A stretch of 64,000 nt of DNA from Octopus bimaculoides (taxonomy: Eukaryota): the NCBI RefSeq assembly GCF_001194135.2, contig NC_068984.1, forward strand, positions 119,449,943-119,513,942, given 5' to 3'. The notes beneath the pieces were generated by a model. The model ran no database searches, was not told the DNA's origin, and saw only the letters and a list, made by a program, of their open reading frames with translations. Position 1 is the stretch's first letter. Each line of letters starts with the position of its first letter. A program made the position numbers and the translations under genes. Shown here piece after piece: positions 48,001 to 62,199 of the stretch.

Positions 48001-51000
48001 CTATCCCTCACATGCTCATACCAGTGCAAATGATGTTTATACTTAGACTTTTTTTTGCATACTGAGCTAGGTGATTTCATTGAAGATACCAGTCTTAATA
48101 CCAGATTCCTGTCTTCTTTCCTACTTACTAAAGCTTTAGTCTTTGCTTTGTTTATTGCCTCTCAATTCCTGGAATTTCTTCTCTAACTCCCCATTAGATT
48201 CAGGTATGAAGACTAGTTCATTAATATATAAGAGTTCCCGCAAACAGTCAGTCTTAAACTTGCTTGTGAAAAACTGCAGGACTATGATAAACACGAGAGG
48301 ACTGAAGACTGTTTCTTGATGGACTCTTTACCTTCACACTAAATTTGTGGCTGAAATCATTGTTGACTATCACACCACTTACTGCATCAGTGTACATAGT
48401 TTATACAGTCCTCACAAGCCATTAATCTATACCTAGTTTCCTTAGTGATCACCAAATTACTGAGTAAGGAACCTTGTCATACACCTTCTCCAAGTTAACA
48501 AATGTCAGGAATAATGGGTACTCTTAGCCAAGCATGTCTCTACAGTTGCTTCACAAGAAATATTACATTTGTGGTACCTTTAACAGACATAAAACCAGAC
48601 TGCGTCTCATCTAGATGAATTCTATTATGGACCAACTATGTTATGACTCTCTCTCCATGACCTTCATAACTTGATCTAATAGTTTGACTCCTCTAAGGTA
48701 TCCTCTCTGTAAGGTATCAATTTTGCTTTTGTAGCAGCTTACAATGAAAATGCTATGCCAGTCATTGCATGTGACACCTTTCTGTATTACTTGATTAACA
48801 ATTCAGGTTCATGTACCTTTCTTCAAATATTTTCATCATCCCCATGAGTATTCTGTTTTCCAGCCCTTCATTTCCTTTATCACTTTGGCTACCATGCTAG
48901 TTCCTTCATAGGGTCAGCATGAGGGAGCCCCTTTTTATCCCATGCATTCTCCATGTCCAACAGCTTTTCATAATTGCACTCCATACTACTTTCATGTCTT
49001 TCACATTGGTAGTAAGTGAGCCTTCACCACTCTCATATACTTCTCACCAATGTCTCAGTTCTCTGAAACGTACTTTCTCACAATCATGAACACTTCAACC
49101 TCTCTGATCCTCACATGGCAGGATATGTACAAACCTCTCCCTTTCTCCCTCCCTCTTGGCTAAGTATACATATCTCCTAACTGCTGATCTGGCTATTTGA
49201 TAACGCTCCCTAATATCACCTTCCTTCCATGTTTTCCAAGGCTGTCCCTTAACCTTTATTGCTCTATCAATTGTATCATTCCACCACTTTTGGGTTGGTT
49301 GAAACTTTGTACCAGCTGCATATCTGATCTGTAGCCCTAAGCAGGTAATCTTGTAAGAACTCCTGGTTATCATCTATACTACAGGTATATAAATCTTCCT
49401 CCCTAAAGTAATATGCCACAATTTCTCTAAAACTTATGTCCAAATATAAGTTCTTTTACCTTTCCTATCTTTTTTCTCCATATAATCTTCTGTCTGAGTC
49501 TACCTAACTTTGACCCTGAAATCACTAGCCATTAATCTATGATGGATAGTGCATTCTTTGCCAGGAAAGGTTTCAATATGTATAAAAGCCCATTTGTCCA
49601 ATTTACTGTTAAGAATGAAATCTCACAGGCTCTAATATTTATTAACTCTGAATATTAAATGTTGATTAACAACCCCATATCATGCAAAAAGTTGGAGAAA
49701 CAATTCTTACCTTTTCAACTTTTGGTTTTACTGGAGAATGAGAAAACTTTATGACAAGACAATTTTCTTCATTTTTACATTCTGTTGCATCATCATCCAT
49801 ATCTGAGTTACTGTTTACATCCTCTTCACTACTACTTTTCTTTTCATCAGTCCAGTGTACAGACTTTTTAATTCGAACATGAGCTTCTTTAGCATCTTTT
49901 GCATTTAAGTTGCAATCTTCAGGTGAAGCTGAAGGTGGTTCTTGGACTGCTTCCTGAAAAAATTCTTCTGTTCTAGAAGAGAAAAATGTAGGTGGATGTG
50001 ATTTATTTTCAAAAGACATTTATTTTATTATCTTATTAAGGTAAGATAGACACTGAAAAAATAAAACAGAACCGGAAGACCCGGCAAGCCAAGTAAGATC
50101 GTTGCCAGTGCCCATGGACTGGCTCTTGTGCGGGTGGCACATAAGATGCACCATTTTGAGCGTGGCCGTTGCCAGTACCGCCTGACTGGCCTCCGTAGGA
50201 TTTTCGAGCGAGATCGTTGCCAGTGCCCCTGGACTGGCTTGTGCGGGTGGCACATAAAAGACACCATTCCGAGCGTAGCCGTTGCCAGTATCGCCTGACT
50301 GGCCTTCATGCAGGTGACACATAAAAGCACCTACTACACTCTCTGAGTGGTTGGCGTTAGGAAGGGCATCCAGCTGTAGAAACTCTGCCAAATTTAGATT
50401 GGAGCCTGGTGTTGCCATCCGGTTTCACCAGTCCTCAGTCAAGTCGTCCAACCCATGCTAGCATGGAAAGCGGACGTTAAACGATGATGATGATGATGCA
50501 ACTGATAAAGATCAGAGGAGAACTCTTGTCTGATGCACAAGCATGTGATGCACAAAATCAGATGAACTGAAAAACTGATTAAGATATTTTATATTATTTG
50601 CCTCTTGAAAAATACATCATAAATAAATGTATTTTTCCTATAAGAATCACTTAACAATTTTTTTTATAATTTCTCAATAAAAACATTCAATTGATTCTTA
50701 ATCAATTCTGAACAGATTTATAATTCATCAATAATGAGAAAAAGTAAAAAGAACAATCATTATGTATGAAAAAAAAAAAGTCAAAAAGGTCTATTAACTT
50801 TTATAAACAAGTGGAATGTAATAAATTTCTTACTCAAGTTCATTCCTTTCACTTTCTTGATTTTCTAGTTCTTCAAGACGATCCCAAAACGCTTGGTCAT
50901 CTTCAGCTTTGTTCTTTTCAGATTTCATTTTATCTTCCTTTAACTTTTCTCTATACTTCTTGATGTTTTCTTTGTGCTGAACTATAAAAAGATTTGGATA

Positions 51001-54000
51001 ACAATTATACTATACAGGCACAGGAGTGGCTGTGTGGTAAGTAGCTGGCTTACTAACCACATGGCTCCGGATTCAGCCTTGTGAGTGGATTTGGTAGATG
51101 GAAACTGAAAGAAGCCCGTCGTATATATGTGTATGTGTGTGTATGTGTCTGTCTGTCCCCCACAACATCGCTTGACAACCGATGCTGGTGTGTTTATGTC
51201 CCTGTAACTTAGCAGTTCGGCAAAATATACTGATAGAGTAAGTACTAGGCTTACAAAGAATAAGTCCTGGGGTTGATTTGCTCAACTAAAGGTGGTGCTC
51301 CAGCATGGCCGCAGTCAAATGACTGAAACAAATAAAAGAATGTACTGTCATTATATACATACATACAGATATATTGTGTTGAGCCAAACGTTTTGCAATA
51401 TTTTGGTAACTTATTTAATTTATTTGTCAAGTTACAACAAAAGCAGCCTAGCATTCAAAGTAGAGGTGATTGTGTTGCACTGTCTGAAGTCACCTTTCTG
51501 CCAGTTCTTTGAGCCCATGCTGATACCAGTTCTTGTCCTTTGAGGCAAAGGACACTTTCACTGAAGCTTCCATCTCCTCTCGGTTAATGAAGCATTGTGA
51601 GTGCTGGAAGTGAGTCATGGATCAGAGGAAGTAATAATCCAAGGGAGATAGGTCCAGACTATATGCTGTTTGATTTCCTGAAATTTCTGGAGTTTATTCC
51701 AGGTCATTCAAGTGGTGTGAGTTCTTGTGTTGTCTTACTGTAGAAGAGTTCACTTTCCGTTAACCAATACTGGGTATTTTTTTCCACACAATGGCAAACA
51801 TCCACTTCAGTTGCTCGGAGTAGAGGTTAGCGTTGGTGGTTTGACCATCCAAAAAAAAAACTCATAATGAATTATCCCCTCATAATTCCACCAGACACAG
51901 ATCATTGCCTTGTGTTCGAAATGCCCATATTTGGTGACAGGTTCTGGAAGCTGGTCCTTGCTTAACCACTGCTTATGCATGATAGGATTGCAAAAAAATA
52001 TCACCCTCAGATTATTACTTTTGATTCATGGCTTGCAATGTTTCATCAACTAGGATGAGCTGGAAGCTTCAGTGAAGGAATTCTTCACCTCAAAGGACAA
52101 AAGCTGGTATCAACATAGGATCAAAGAACTGGCAGAAAGCTGGCTTCAAACAGTACAACACAATGGTCTCTACTTTGAATGCTAGGCTGCTTTTGTTGTA
52201 ACTTGATGAATAAAACAAATAAGTTACCAAAATATTACAAAGATTGTGACTCAACACAATATTGTTATTATTCTAGTATTCACTTTTCTATGATTGTGTG
52301 GGTCAGATGAAATTTGTTGAAGCAGATTTTCTACTGCCAAATGTCATTCCTGTAGCCAACCATCACCTACTTCCAAGTAAGATAATATTTCCCCATGTCC
52401 AAAATTGAGGGGGGGGGGGGAAATCACTTGGATAATAGTGATACTTGTTTACATCTATCACATGATGTCAAGACAAAGAAACACATACACATGTGCAATT
52501 AGCTGCTTTCAGTTTCCATCAACCAAATCCACTCATAAGGTTTTGATTAGCCCTGGGTTATAATAGAAGAGTCTTGCTCAAGTTGTCATGTAATGAGACT
52601 GAACCAAAACTACATGGTTGGAAAACGAAGTTCTTAATTGCACACATGTATGTATATGTGTGTGTATATATAGACAGACAGACAGATAGATAGATAGATA
52701 CACACATATATGTATATATATACACACATACACACACAGAGCACAATTTATAATCTAACTCAAAGTGACACTGTCTATGCAGTGTGAGTTTTGTCAGTAT
52801 AAACCTGTACAATGGTGCCACTTGGATTAAATATCACACCCTTTGATAAAAGATTTCATTCTAAGTCAGTATTGCACTATAGGTAACCACACACACTAGA
52901 TATGCAGAAGTGTAGATAAGAATTCTATACTGTGTACAAAGCCTTTAAGAAGGGACTTCAACTAATACATTAGTCTAGGCTCAAAAAAAATGCCATGGAA
53001 TGGCATGTGAATGTCCCCTCAAAAAAAGTAACCCTTGCAGCTCCTTTTTTTTTAAGTGTATTAAAGAAAGTAACTTTGGGAACCTAAAACTAGTTATTTT
53101 TAGTTTCTTGTAATGGAACAGATCTTTACATGTGTGTGAAAGATAGAGGGGAAAGTATATGTGTGCTGCAACTAGCTTTGAAAAAAGACTCAGCCACTAA
53201 AAGGATGAGTTCTTTGGAGCAGGCAACGATTCTATAAATAGCTTAGAAAGACTGCAGTTTCAGAATCATTATAATAAGTTATACCGTTTTGTTAGTATTT
53301 AGAAGAACACTGGCTTAGTGTAGATTGTTGCTGGGTTTCATCAGAGATAGCTCCAAATAACTATGTATCTTGCATGCTTTAAGAGTTATTTGAGTATATT
53401 TACATTCCTATAATACAAACCTATGTTGGCTTAGCATTATCTGCAGAGTGAGATAAGGCAGGAAATTTAGTTATTGCTTACCTAGGGCCCACTGCTCATT
53501 TATGTGTGCTCAATATATTAATTATAAACAATGTATGGTTGTAACATTTTTCACACAAGCTCTCACTTTCCTCTCTCTATAAGTAAATATGCAGTGACAA
53601 ATTACCAGTCCTTGTTCTGTGGTGGTAACTTGTGTACATAGACTGTTTGGTATTTGTTCTGGCCAAGTTGCACAGACAATTCAATGTCCATTTTCCATCA
53701 AAAGGGCAATGAACCACTGATTGGCCCCCTTGGAAACCTTAACCAATGACACTACTTTTCATCAAATATAATACAAAATATACAGGCAGATGTTTTAATG
53801 CAGTTCAGAATCTGGTATGCACTCATGCATACTGGATGCAGAATGTGCTTTAGCATAGAGGTTCCCAGATCTTTAAGAATTAACTTAGCCATCATCATTT
53901 TACTTCCTCATTGCCATATCAGCATGGGTCAAGTGAGTTTTACAATCAGAAACCCACCTTTCCTGTCACCAACCTTTTTGGTCATCTCTTATGACATGCA

Positions 54001-57000
54001 GGGACACAATGTAACTACTCTTGAATGAGGATACACACTACATGAGAATTAATCTAATATTAGGTGTATTTGAGCAACTATTCAGAATAAATATATTTGC
54101 TGGCTTTCAAGGGAAAATCGGCTCTTGTGTAATCCCTACAAAAGTTCATTGGAGTTGATAAATTTAGTATTTATATAAAATCGTATGGTTTTAGCTGGGT
54201 GTAAAAAGAATTTGTTGCCACTTTGGTCTCTTGAAATTTCAGAGAATCTGAAAAGGAACTTCTTAATGCAATGGTTGAATCTGTGTTACTTTATGACACT
54301 TCCATCTGGACATTAACCAAAGAGCTTAAAACTATGCTGGATGGCATCTACATATGCATATGCCCTGAATAGAACAACTCACCAAGGTAAGATTATTCAG
54401 TAAGTTTCTCACTTTGCTGGACATTACTTGAGAAGTAAGAAGAAGCTAGTTAGTGCACTCTATTCTGGACACCTCAACATGGTTGTAATTGCATTGGTCA
54501 TCCTAAGAAGACATACTGTGATCACTTAACAGATAACACTGGATGCCACTGAAAGGAACATCCTATGGCAAACAGCGATGGGTGAAAGATCAGGGTCATA
54601 CAAATCTGAGTAAGCTCAAGCAGATGATGAGATGGAGGAGACGGATAGTATTTTGGTGCTGTTGAATGAGAGAAGCTTGAGTTAATATTACAGAATCCTT
54701 TGAAGTTTTATTCTCAGAGGTATTTGTATACCTAGCAGAAGGTGTTGAGTAGCCTGAGACAAAAAGATGAAGTAATGTCTGCAGTATAGAATATTTGTTA
54801 ATGTAAAGAAGAAATAGTGTGTGAGTCTAACCACAGAAGTACACAAGAAGTGATAAAGAGAGGACCAGTAAACTGTTGTGATGGAGAGATCAGGCAGTGA
54901 TGATCTAATATTAAAGATGAATAAAGCTCATAGAAAGTAACTTTGTCAGAAGATTTTCAGTGTGAAGCAGAACTTTGCTGATGGAAGGGGCAACAACTTT
55001 GCCTACGTTTAACTTTTTGTAGAAAAAAGACCACTGGTATGGACATAGAGAAAAATATTGCAGAAACCTTGCTAGATATGAGTGGAGGGAAAGAGGTTCG
55101 GTGTGGCAAAGGAAGAGATAGTTCCTTAATTACAATTATTCTCATTATCTTTGAGATCACAGAAGTGAAAGTAACAGGCTGGAAGCTTATGAGGTCTAAG
55201 AGCTTGCTTTTATTATGATTGGGTTACAGTACTTTTTTTACATATACTGAGAGAGAAAGTCCCTTAGTTCACTGTTTAATCTCTGCTCTTGACTATACAG
55301 TTTTTATAGCTGGTAACATCAAAGAGTCATACCCAACTTCAACAATGTTAAATGAGAGAACCTCAATGTAATTGCTTGACCTGCTTACAACAGCAGCCAA
55401 ATTTATCTCAAATAATACAATCACCTTCCAAACATTTTAAACAATAAATTTTGCAAAGCAAATAGTAATACAAATTTTGTTATGAGGCAGAAATCAAAAT
55501 CCATTTTTACTATGTCATGTTAAAACTATAATATATTCACACATAAATATATGTTTGGATTAGACAAATATATTGTAATCAAGGCATTGTTTTACAGCCG
55601 GCTGCCTTTCTTGTCACTAGTCCATACTTGTTTTTCAGGTAAAGGGAACTCTTATTCCACATGCCTTGAAAAGCACGGAACCAGCAAAAGATATACTAAC
55701 AGAGAAGAGACAATAACGTACACCACTTGTAGCTCAGCAGTTTTCCATGCAAAGTGCATAGGATGGAAACATTTGCACCAACACACACACACACACATGT
55801 ATACATATAAGTACATATAGACACTCACAAAAATATGTATATACATTTTTCAGCCTATCAAATCCATAAGGCTACAGTAGAAAACCCACAGTATCATCAA
55901 CTATACAATGAAACTGAACCCAAAACCTTGTAGTTAAGAAGCAAACTTCTTAACAGTACAGCCTGCCTTGACTTAAATGACTTTCTCAAAGCAGGAAGGA
56001 AAGTATGCATGATCCTTTTTAAGGCTTCTGAGATTGTTGGAAGGAAGGGAGGAAGTTTTTCTAAGCCTGGGCACATGACTTGGACATCAGCAACAAGATA
56101 TATACTGCTGAAAGTATCCTTGGACCAGATAGTGGCGTAAAACCAAGTGAGGGATTACACAACCATCAAAGAACAAGGACAGCTTCCTGATGGGTATCCA
56201 AATGATTTCCATCTACCTAATTTCTCTCAAAAAGTTTTAGTGAACCTAAGGCTACAATAGAAGATAGTTGCTCAAAGTGTCAGTAGTGAAATTGAATCTG
56301 AAATCCTGACTCATACTTGTACCCTTAATTTTCTTATATGTTTTCCCAAATTTACTATAGGCTGCACAGGAAACCCTGCAAGTTACACATCCTACAAAGC
56401 ACATATGCCAACCTAGATTAATGCATTTATATTACCAATACCTATGTCTTATGAATATATATCATATCCAAACAAGTAATGGCAAGGTGTCTTTCAGATT
56501 GTAAACTGTACAAGCCAGCTCTATATTTTATTACAACAATGAAATATGATTAATTTAAATAAAATTTCCAAAAGATGTATTTTTGTCATGGAATTAATAA
56601 ACGTTATTCGATCATCAAATAAGCAATGGTAATTTAATGAACTACTAAACAAAAGCTTGTAAATATACAAACTGGAAAAAAACCACCCAATAAAGATGTG
56701 ATTCTGAGTCCATTTCTGGGTTCCCAGTGTGTGACATCTACAGCCTCAAGTTGACCAATATTATGTGGTGTGGAATTTGATAAGCAGGAATTACAGAAAA
56801 GTCTGTCATGTGTGTGTGTGTGTGCGTGTTTCTGTGTGTATCGTGCATAATACTTGTCAAACTGTATGCATGTGTATAATACTTTGTTAGCGGAATTTTA
56901 TAGATGGAAAGCTCACAAATGTACACATTGTCATTACCATTTTAGCATCCTCTTTTCCACGTGTGCCTGGGTGAGAGAAGACTTTATTGAGGTAGAATTT

Positions 57001-60000
57001 TCTATGGCTATTTTCTCTTCTTGCCACTAACATTCATCTGTTTCCTAACAAAGTAATATTTCCCTTTATCTCTTGAACAATGCAGAGCCCATACACACAC
57101 AAACACACACAAAAAAAAAAAAAAAGGGTCATGAGTATAGTTTGAGAGTATTTACATGTAACATCATCATCATCATCATCGTTTAACGTCCGCTTTCCAT
57201 GCTAGCATGGGTTGGACGATTTGACTGAAGACTGGTGGAACCCGAAGGCTACACCAGGCTCCAATCTCATCTGGCAGAGTTTCTACAGCTGGATGTCCTT
57301 CCTAATGCCAACCACTCCGAGAGTGTAGTAGGTGCTTTTATGTGTCACCGGCACGAAGGCCAGTCAGGCGATACTGGCAACGGCCACGCTCAAAATGGTG
57401 TATTTTATGTGCCAATCGCACAAGAGCCAGTCCAGGGGCACTGGCAATGATCTCGCTCGAAAGTCCTTACACATGCTGCAGGCACAAATGCCAGAAAGGT
57501 GACGCTGGGCACAGGTGCCATCACAATTTCGCTTGCTCCAATAGGTCTTCGCAAGCTGAGTTTCGTGTCCAGTGAAGGGGTAATTACCAACTGTTTCAGT
57601 GGTAATTACCAACTGATTATGCATTTATAGCAACAACCTTGTATGAAGTGGGGATGAAAGGTTTTGTAAGTAAATACTTACAAAATTTACTCTCCAGTTT
57701 TTTTATTTTATATATACACTGTAACCATTAAAACCAATGAGATCTGTAATATGAATTTTCAATACAGAGAGCAATGGAAGATATGGGGTTCTATCACAAT
57801 ACTTAGATGTAGTCCACCTTAACAACTGGGAAATTGATACTTTATAAATGCATGCACACACACACACCCAGTGCAAACTGTGGATGCACAAGAAGTGTAG
57901 TGAGATCACAAACTTCATGAGCAACAGGTGCACCTGCAAAGTAGGTAATAAGAGCACTAGTGATATAAGCTCCATCCAAAAGCCAGGTGGTTCTCTACAA
58001 ATAATTGATAGCTTCTGTGACCTAATTAGTTGTGTGAGTGGGTGTTCTAAACAGCATAGTAACCAGATTCAGAACTGGTTGGAGAAGGTTCAGACAGCTA
58101 TTACTTCTGCTAGCAACAAAGGGCTTCACCCACAGTGAAGAGCATACATAGTTGAGTGTGTATTTCCTTTGTCTTCACATATGCACACTGATAGTAAACA
58201 AAGTGTCCCTGTTCATACAAAAGATGTTACTTGTCTGCAATATCACATGAATGTATATCTGGGCTCTGCATAGTTCAAGAGACAAGAGGAGGTATTAACT
58301 TGCCAAGAAACAGGTGAAGGCTAGTGACAAGAAGAGCATATGGCCATAAAAAATTCTACCTTAAGACGTCTCTGACTCAGGCACACATGGAAAAGTGGAT
58401 GCTAAAAATGGTAATGATAATGTCGTGTACATGAGCATTTACATAATTATCATCAATCAAATTCCACTAACAAAATATTATACACATGCACACAGTCTGA
58501 CAAGTCATTTTTGCAATTTTCTGCTCATTAAAAAAAATAAGACACACACATACACACATATATATACATACACACATACATATATACATACACATATACA
58601 CATACATATACATATATCAGGTCATCCCATAAGTTCTGTCTGATTTTACCATTTTTAAAATTGAAATATGCATACATATATACACATACATATGTATATA
58701 TATATATATACACATACGTATAAATATATATATATATATANNNNNNNNNNNNNNNNNNNNNNNNNNNNNNNNNNNNNNNNNNNNNNNNNNNNNNNNNNNN
58801 NNNNNNNNNNNNNNNNNNNNNNNNNNNNNNNNNNNNNNNNNNNNNNNNNNNNNNNNNNNNNNNNNNNNNNNNNNNNNNNNNNNNNNNNNNNNNNNNNNNN
58901 NNNNNNNNNNNNNNNNNNNNNNNNNNNNNNNNNNNNNNNNNNNNNNNNNNNNNNNNNNNNNNNNNNNNNNNNNNNNNNNNNNNNNNNNNNNNNNNNNNNN
59001 NNNNNNNNNNNNNNNNNNNNNNNNNNNNNNNNNNNNNNNNNNNNNNNNNNNNNNNNNNNNNNNNNNNNNNNNNNNNNNNNNNNNNNNNATACATATATAT
59101 ATACACACACACATATATACATGTATATATATACACATACACATATATATATACATATACATTCACACATATATACATATACATACACACATATATACAT
59201 ATATACGTGTATATATATATACACACACATATATACATATGCACATATATATACACATATACATATACACCTATACATATACACCTATATACATGTACAT
59301 ATATACATATGCACATATACATATACACATATACATATACATATTTACATATACATATATATGGGTACAGTGTGTTGAGGATGTTGTGGAATGTTCGTAG
59401 ATCTTCTTCTGATCTGTTCCAAAACATGAAATAGTTATCGAGGTAGCGTTTCCACTTTTTCTTGATGTCTTCTCTGAAGTTGTGTTCGAAGACGTTCCCT
59501 ATTTCATCATATAGTTTGTTCTCAAGGAAACCCATCACTAGGTTGGCGTATGAAGGTGCGAATTTCGTACCCATAGCCGTGCCCTTTATCTGTCGGTATG
59601 ATTTGTTGTTAAATGAGAATGTGTTCTCTTCAAGTATTAATTGGGTAACCTTGGTGATAAAGTCTGTTTTGAAACATTTATCTATGAGTTCCCTGTATTT
59701 TTCTACCCAGTATTTTATCGCTTCCAGACCCAGGGTGTGTGGTATGTTCGTGTATAAGTTTGTGACATCGAAGTTTGCAAGTATGGTGTTTTCTGGAACT
59801 GTATTTGGAATGTGTGTGAGGAAGTCTATGTCATCCCTTATGCAGCTTGATATCAGTGGGCATAAAGGTTTGAGGAGTACATCTATGAAGTGGCTTAGTT
59901 GCTGTGTTGGTGCTTGGGGGCCTGCAACTATGGGTCTCATTGTGAGGTCTGCAGGCTTCTGTATTCTTATATAATGGTTCCTCTGTTCATTTATGGCTCT

Positions 60001-61429
60001 CTGTATTTCCGAGCTTTTATGAATTTTAGGTAATCCATAAAAATTGCTTTCTTTGGTTCTTGAGCTGCATAAATAATCTTTCTCCTTGTCTGTAAAGGAG
60101 TCCTGGTATTCATTGATTAATGTTCCTATTTTTTTTTAATGTTGCTTTCTCCGGTTGTGTTGATTCCTCTTTGTAGTATGTCTGGTTATTAAGTATCTCT
60201 AGTATCTTTCCTTTGTAGCAATCTGTATCCATAATTACTATTGCTCCACCTTTGTCAGCTTCTTTTAAAATGATCAACTTGTCCTTTTTTAGTGTTTGTA
60301 AGGCTTGTTTTTCTCCCCTGCAGAGGTTCTGTTTGCATTTATGTATGTTGAGAGGGAATTTGGAGATTGTCTCTATGTATGCGTCTAGGTGTTTGTCACA
60401 TCCCTTGTGAGCGGTGAAATGGGATTTTTTTCTTATGATTGAGTTATCTTCTGTTTCCTTATTTTCAAAGAATTCCATAAGGCAGAGGTGGTGGCTGAAG
60501 TTGTCTATATCAGTTTTTAGTTCTATGAGATTTGGTGTGGGTGTAAATTTGAGGCCTTTTAGTAGTAGGTTCATTTCACTTTCACTAAGTTCTCTTTTAG
60601 ATAGGTTTATTATTTTGGGGTCTATGTGTTTTGTGTGTTCATTCGAAATTTTTGGTGTGTTGTGTCTGGAGTATGGTTGAAGTATCCTTTCCCTAAAAAA
60701 GGATGGAAGTCCTTGAGGTGACAATTCTAACAGGAAAGGCAAGTGGCGATACTGTTTTCATCCCTAGAATTCCACTGATTCCATCTGACTTGGCTGTGGA
60801 ATTCAAGCGGCTACAATTCCCAGTCAAACAAAGTTTTGCCATGAGCATAAATAAAGCCCAAGACCAGTCATTGGAGGTAGTTGGACTTAACCTCACTGAA
60901 CCTGCCTTGTCTCATGGCCAACTATACATAGGATGCTCAAGAGTTGGCAATCCTCAAAACCTTTTCATCTACAGCCAAGACAGAAAGACAAAAAATATTG
61001 TCTACCAAGAGGCGTTACAGGACTGAATTTCATCAAACAAGATCAAAAAATACAGCCAAGTCTTCAATCCTTCCATGAAGACATCTTTGGAGATAGCCAC
61101 CTCACAACTCCACTTTAAGTACCTTTTACAAATGTGAACTCATTTTCTCAAGGTCTTCATTTATTACTTCAGCCTCACTTCGCTGCACCACTGAACACGT
61201 CATTGTCAGCTGCAAAAACTCTGCTCTGTCAACAAAACTCCATCGTATGATCTGACCATTTTTACTCCGCCTGCCACACATCTACACATCCCGCAACAGC
61301 CTGCTGAACCAGATATAACATCTTAATGGGTAATAGTTGGCACGGGGAACGTAGAAAATTTCAATACAAGATCAGAGGTATGCTTAACTTCAACACAGAA
61401 AACACAAGCAATGCCAGGTCCAACAGCTA

Positions 61430-61483
<54 letters not shown>

Positions 61484-61568
61484 TCATCATCATCATCATC
61501 ATTGTTTAATGTCCGCTTTACCAGGCTAGCATGGATTGGACGATTTGACTGAGGACTGGCAATCTGAT

Positions 61569-61603
<35 letters not shown>

Positions 61604-62168
61604 GCAGGCCAATATTCCCTCTTTTTGGGAAGCTAATCTATCACAGGGTTACCCATTTACAGCTGAGTGGACTGGAGCAATGTGAAAGAAAGTGTTTTGC
61701 TCAAGAACACAACATGTACTTGGTCCAGGAATTGAAGCAAACAATTGTGAGTGCAACACACTAACCACATGCTCCTTTATCTATAATATATTAAAAGTCA
61801 GTTTGAATCTTGCTTGCTTGCTTGTAATGTTACCCAGCCAAACTGTAGCATAATGGGAAAATACTATGAATTAACTTTACCCTGAAATGTTAATACAAAC
61901 AGAAGGAAACAAGTTTTACATAAAACAGAGCAGTAGTTATTGAGATATTTGGGGTTTAAGGGTATAAATACCCAAAACGGTGCATAATGGGAAAGTGTTC
62001 CAAATTTAACTTCATCCTGAAAAGGAAGAAACTCTAACCTTTCGATGCCACATTCGTTGAAAACATGTGAAATAACCTGTAAAAGAAAAAACCCACAAAA
62101 CAAAACTCCATTGCTAGGAAACTCAGAGTTTCCTAGTGACCCAACAGGTCACGGGTAGTTTGGTATAA

Positions 62169-62199
<31 letters not shown>

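Noticed and set aside
50088-50340. CRISPR-like array of palindromic repeats
   Set aside because: Spacers are themselves repeated, the context is eukaryotic, there are no cas genes, and the array is part of a LINE 3' UTR present in many copies.
58528-59940. 470-aa ORF as a novel RT-repeat fusion protein
   Set aside because: Only the first ~190 aa are Penelope RT; the rest is microsatellite and N read-through.
60703-61026. Host PIF1 helicase exon
   Set aside because: No splice context, it matches the Helitron RepHel C-terminus, and a Helitron CTAG end follows.
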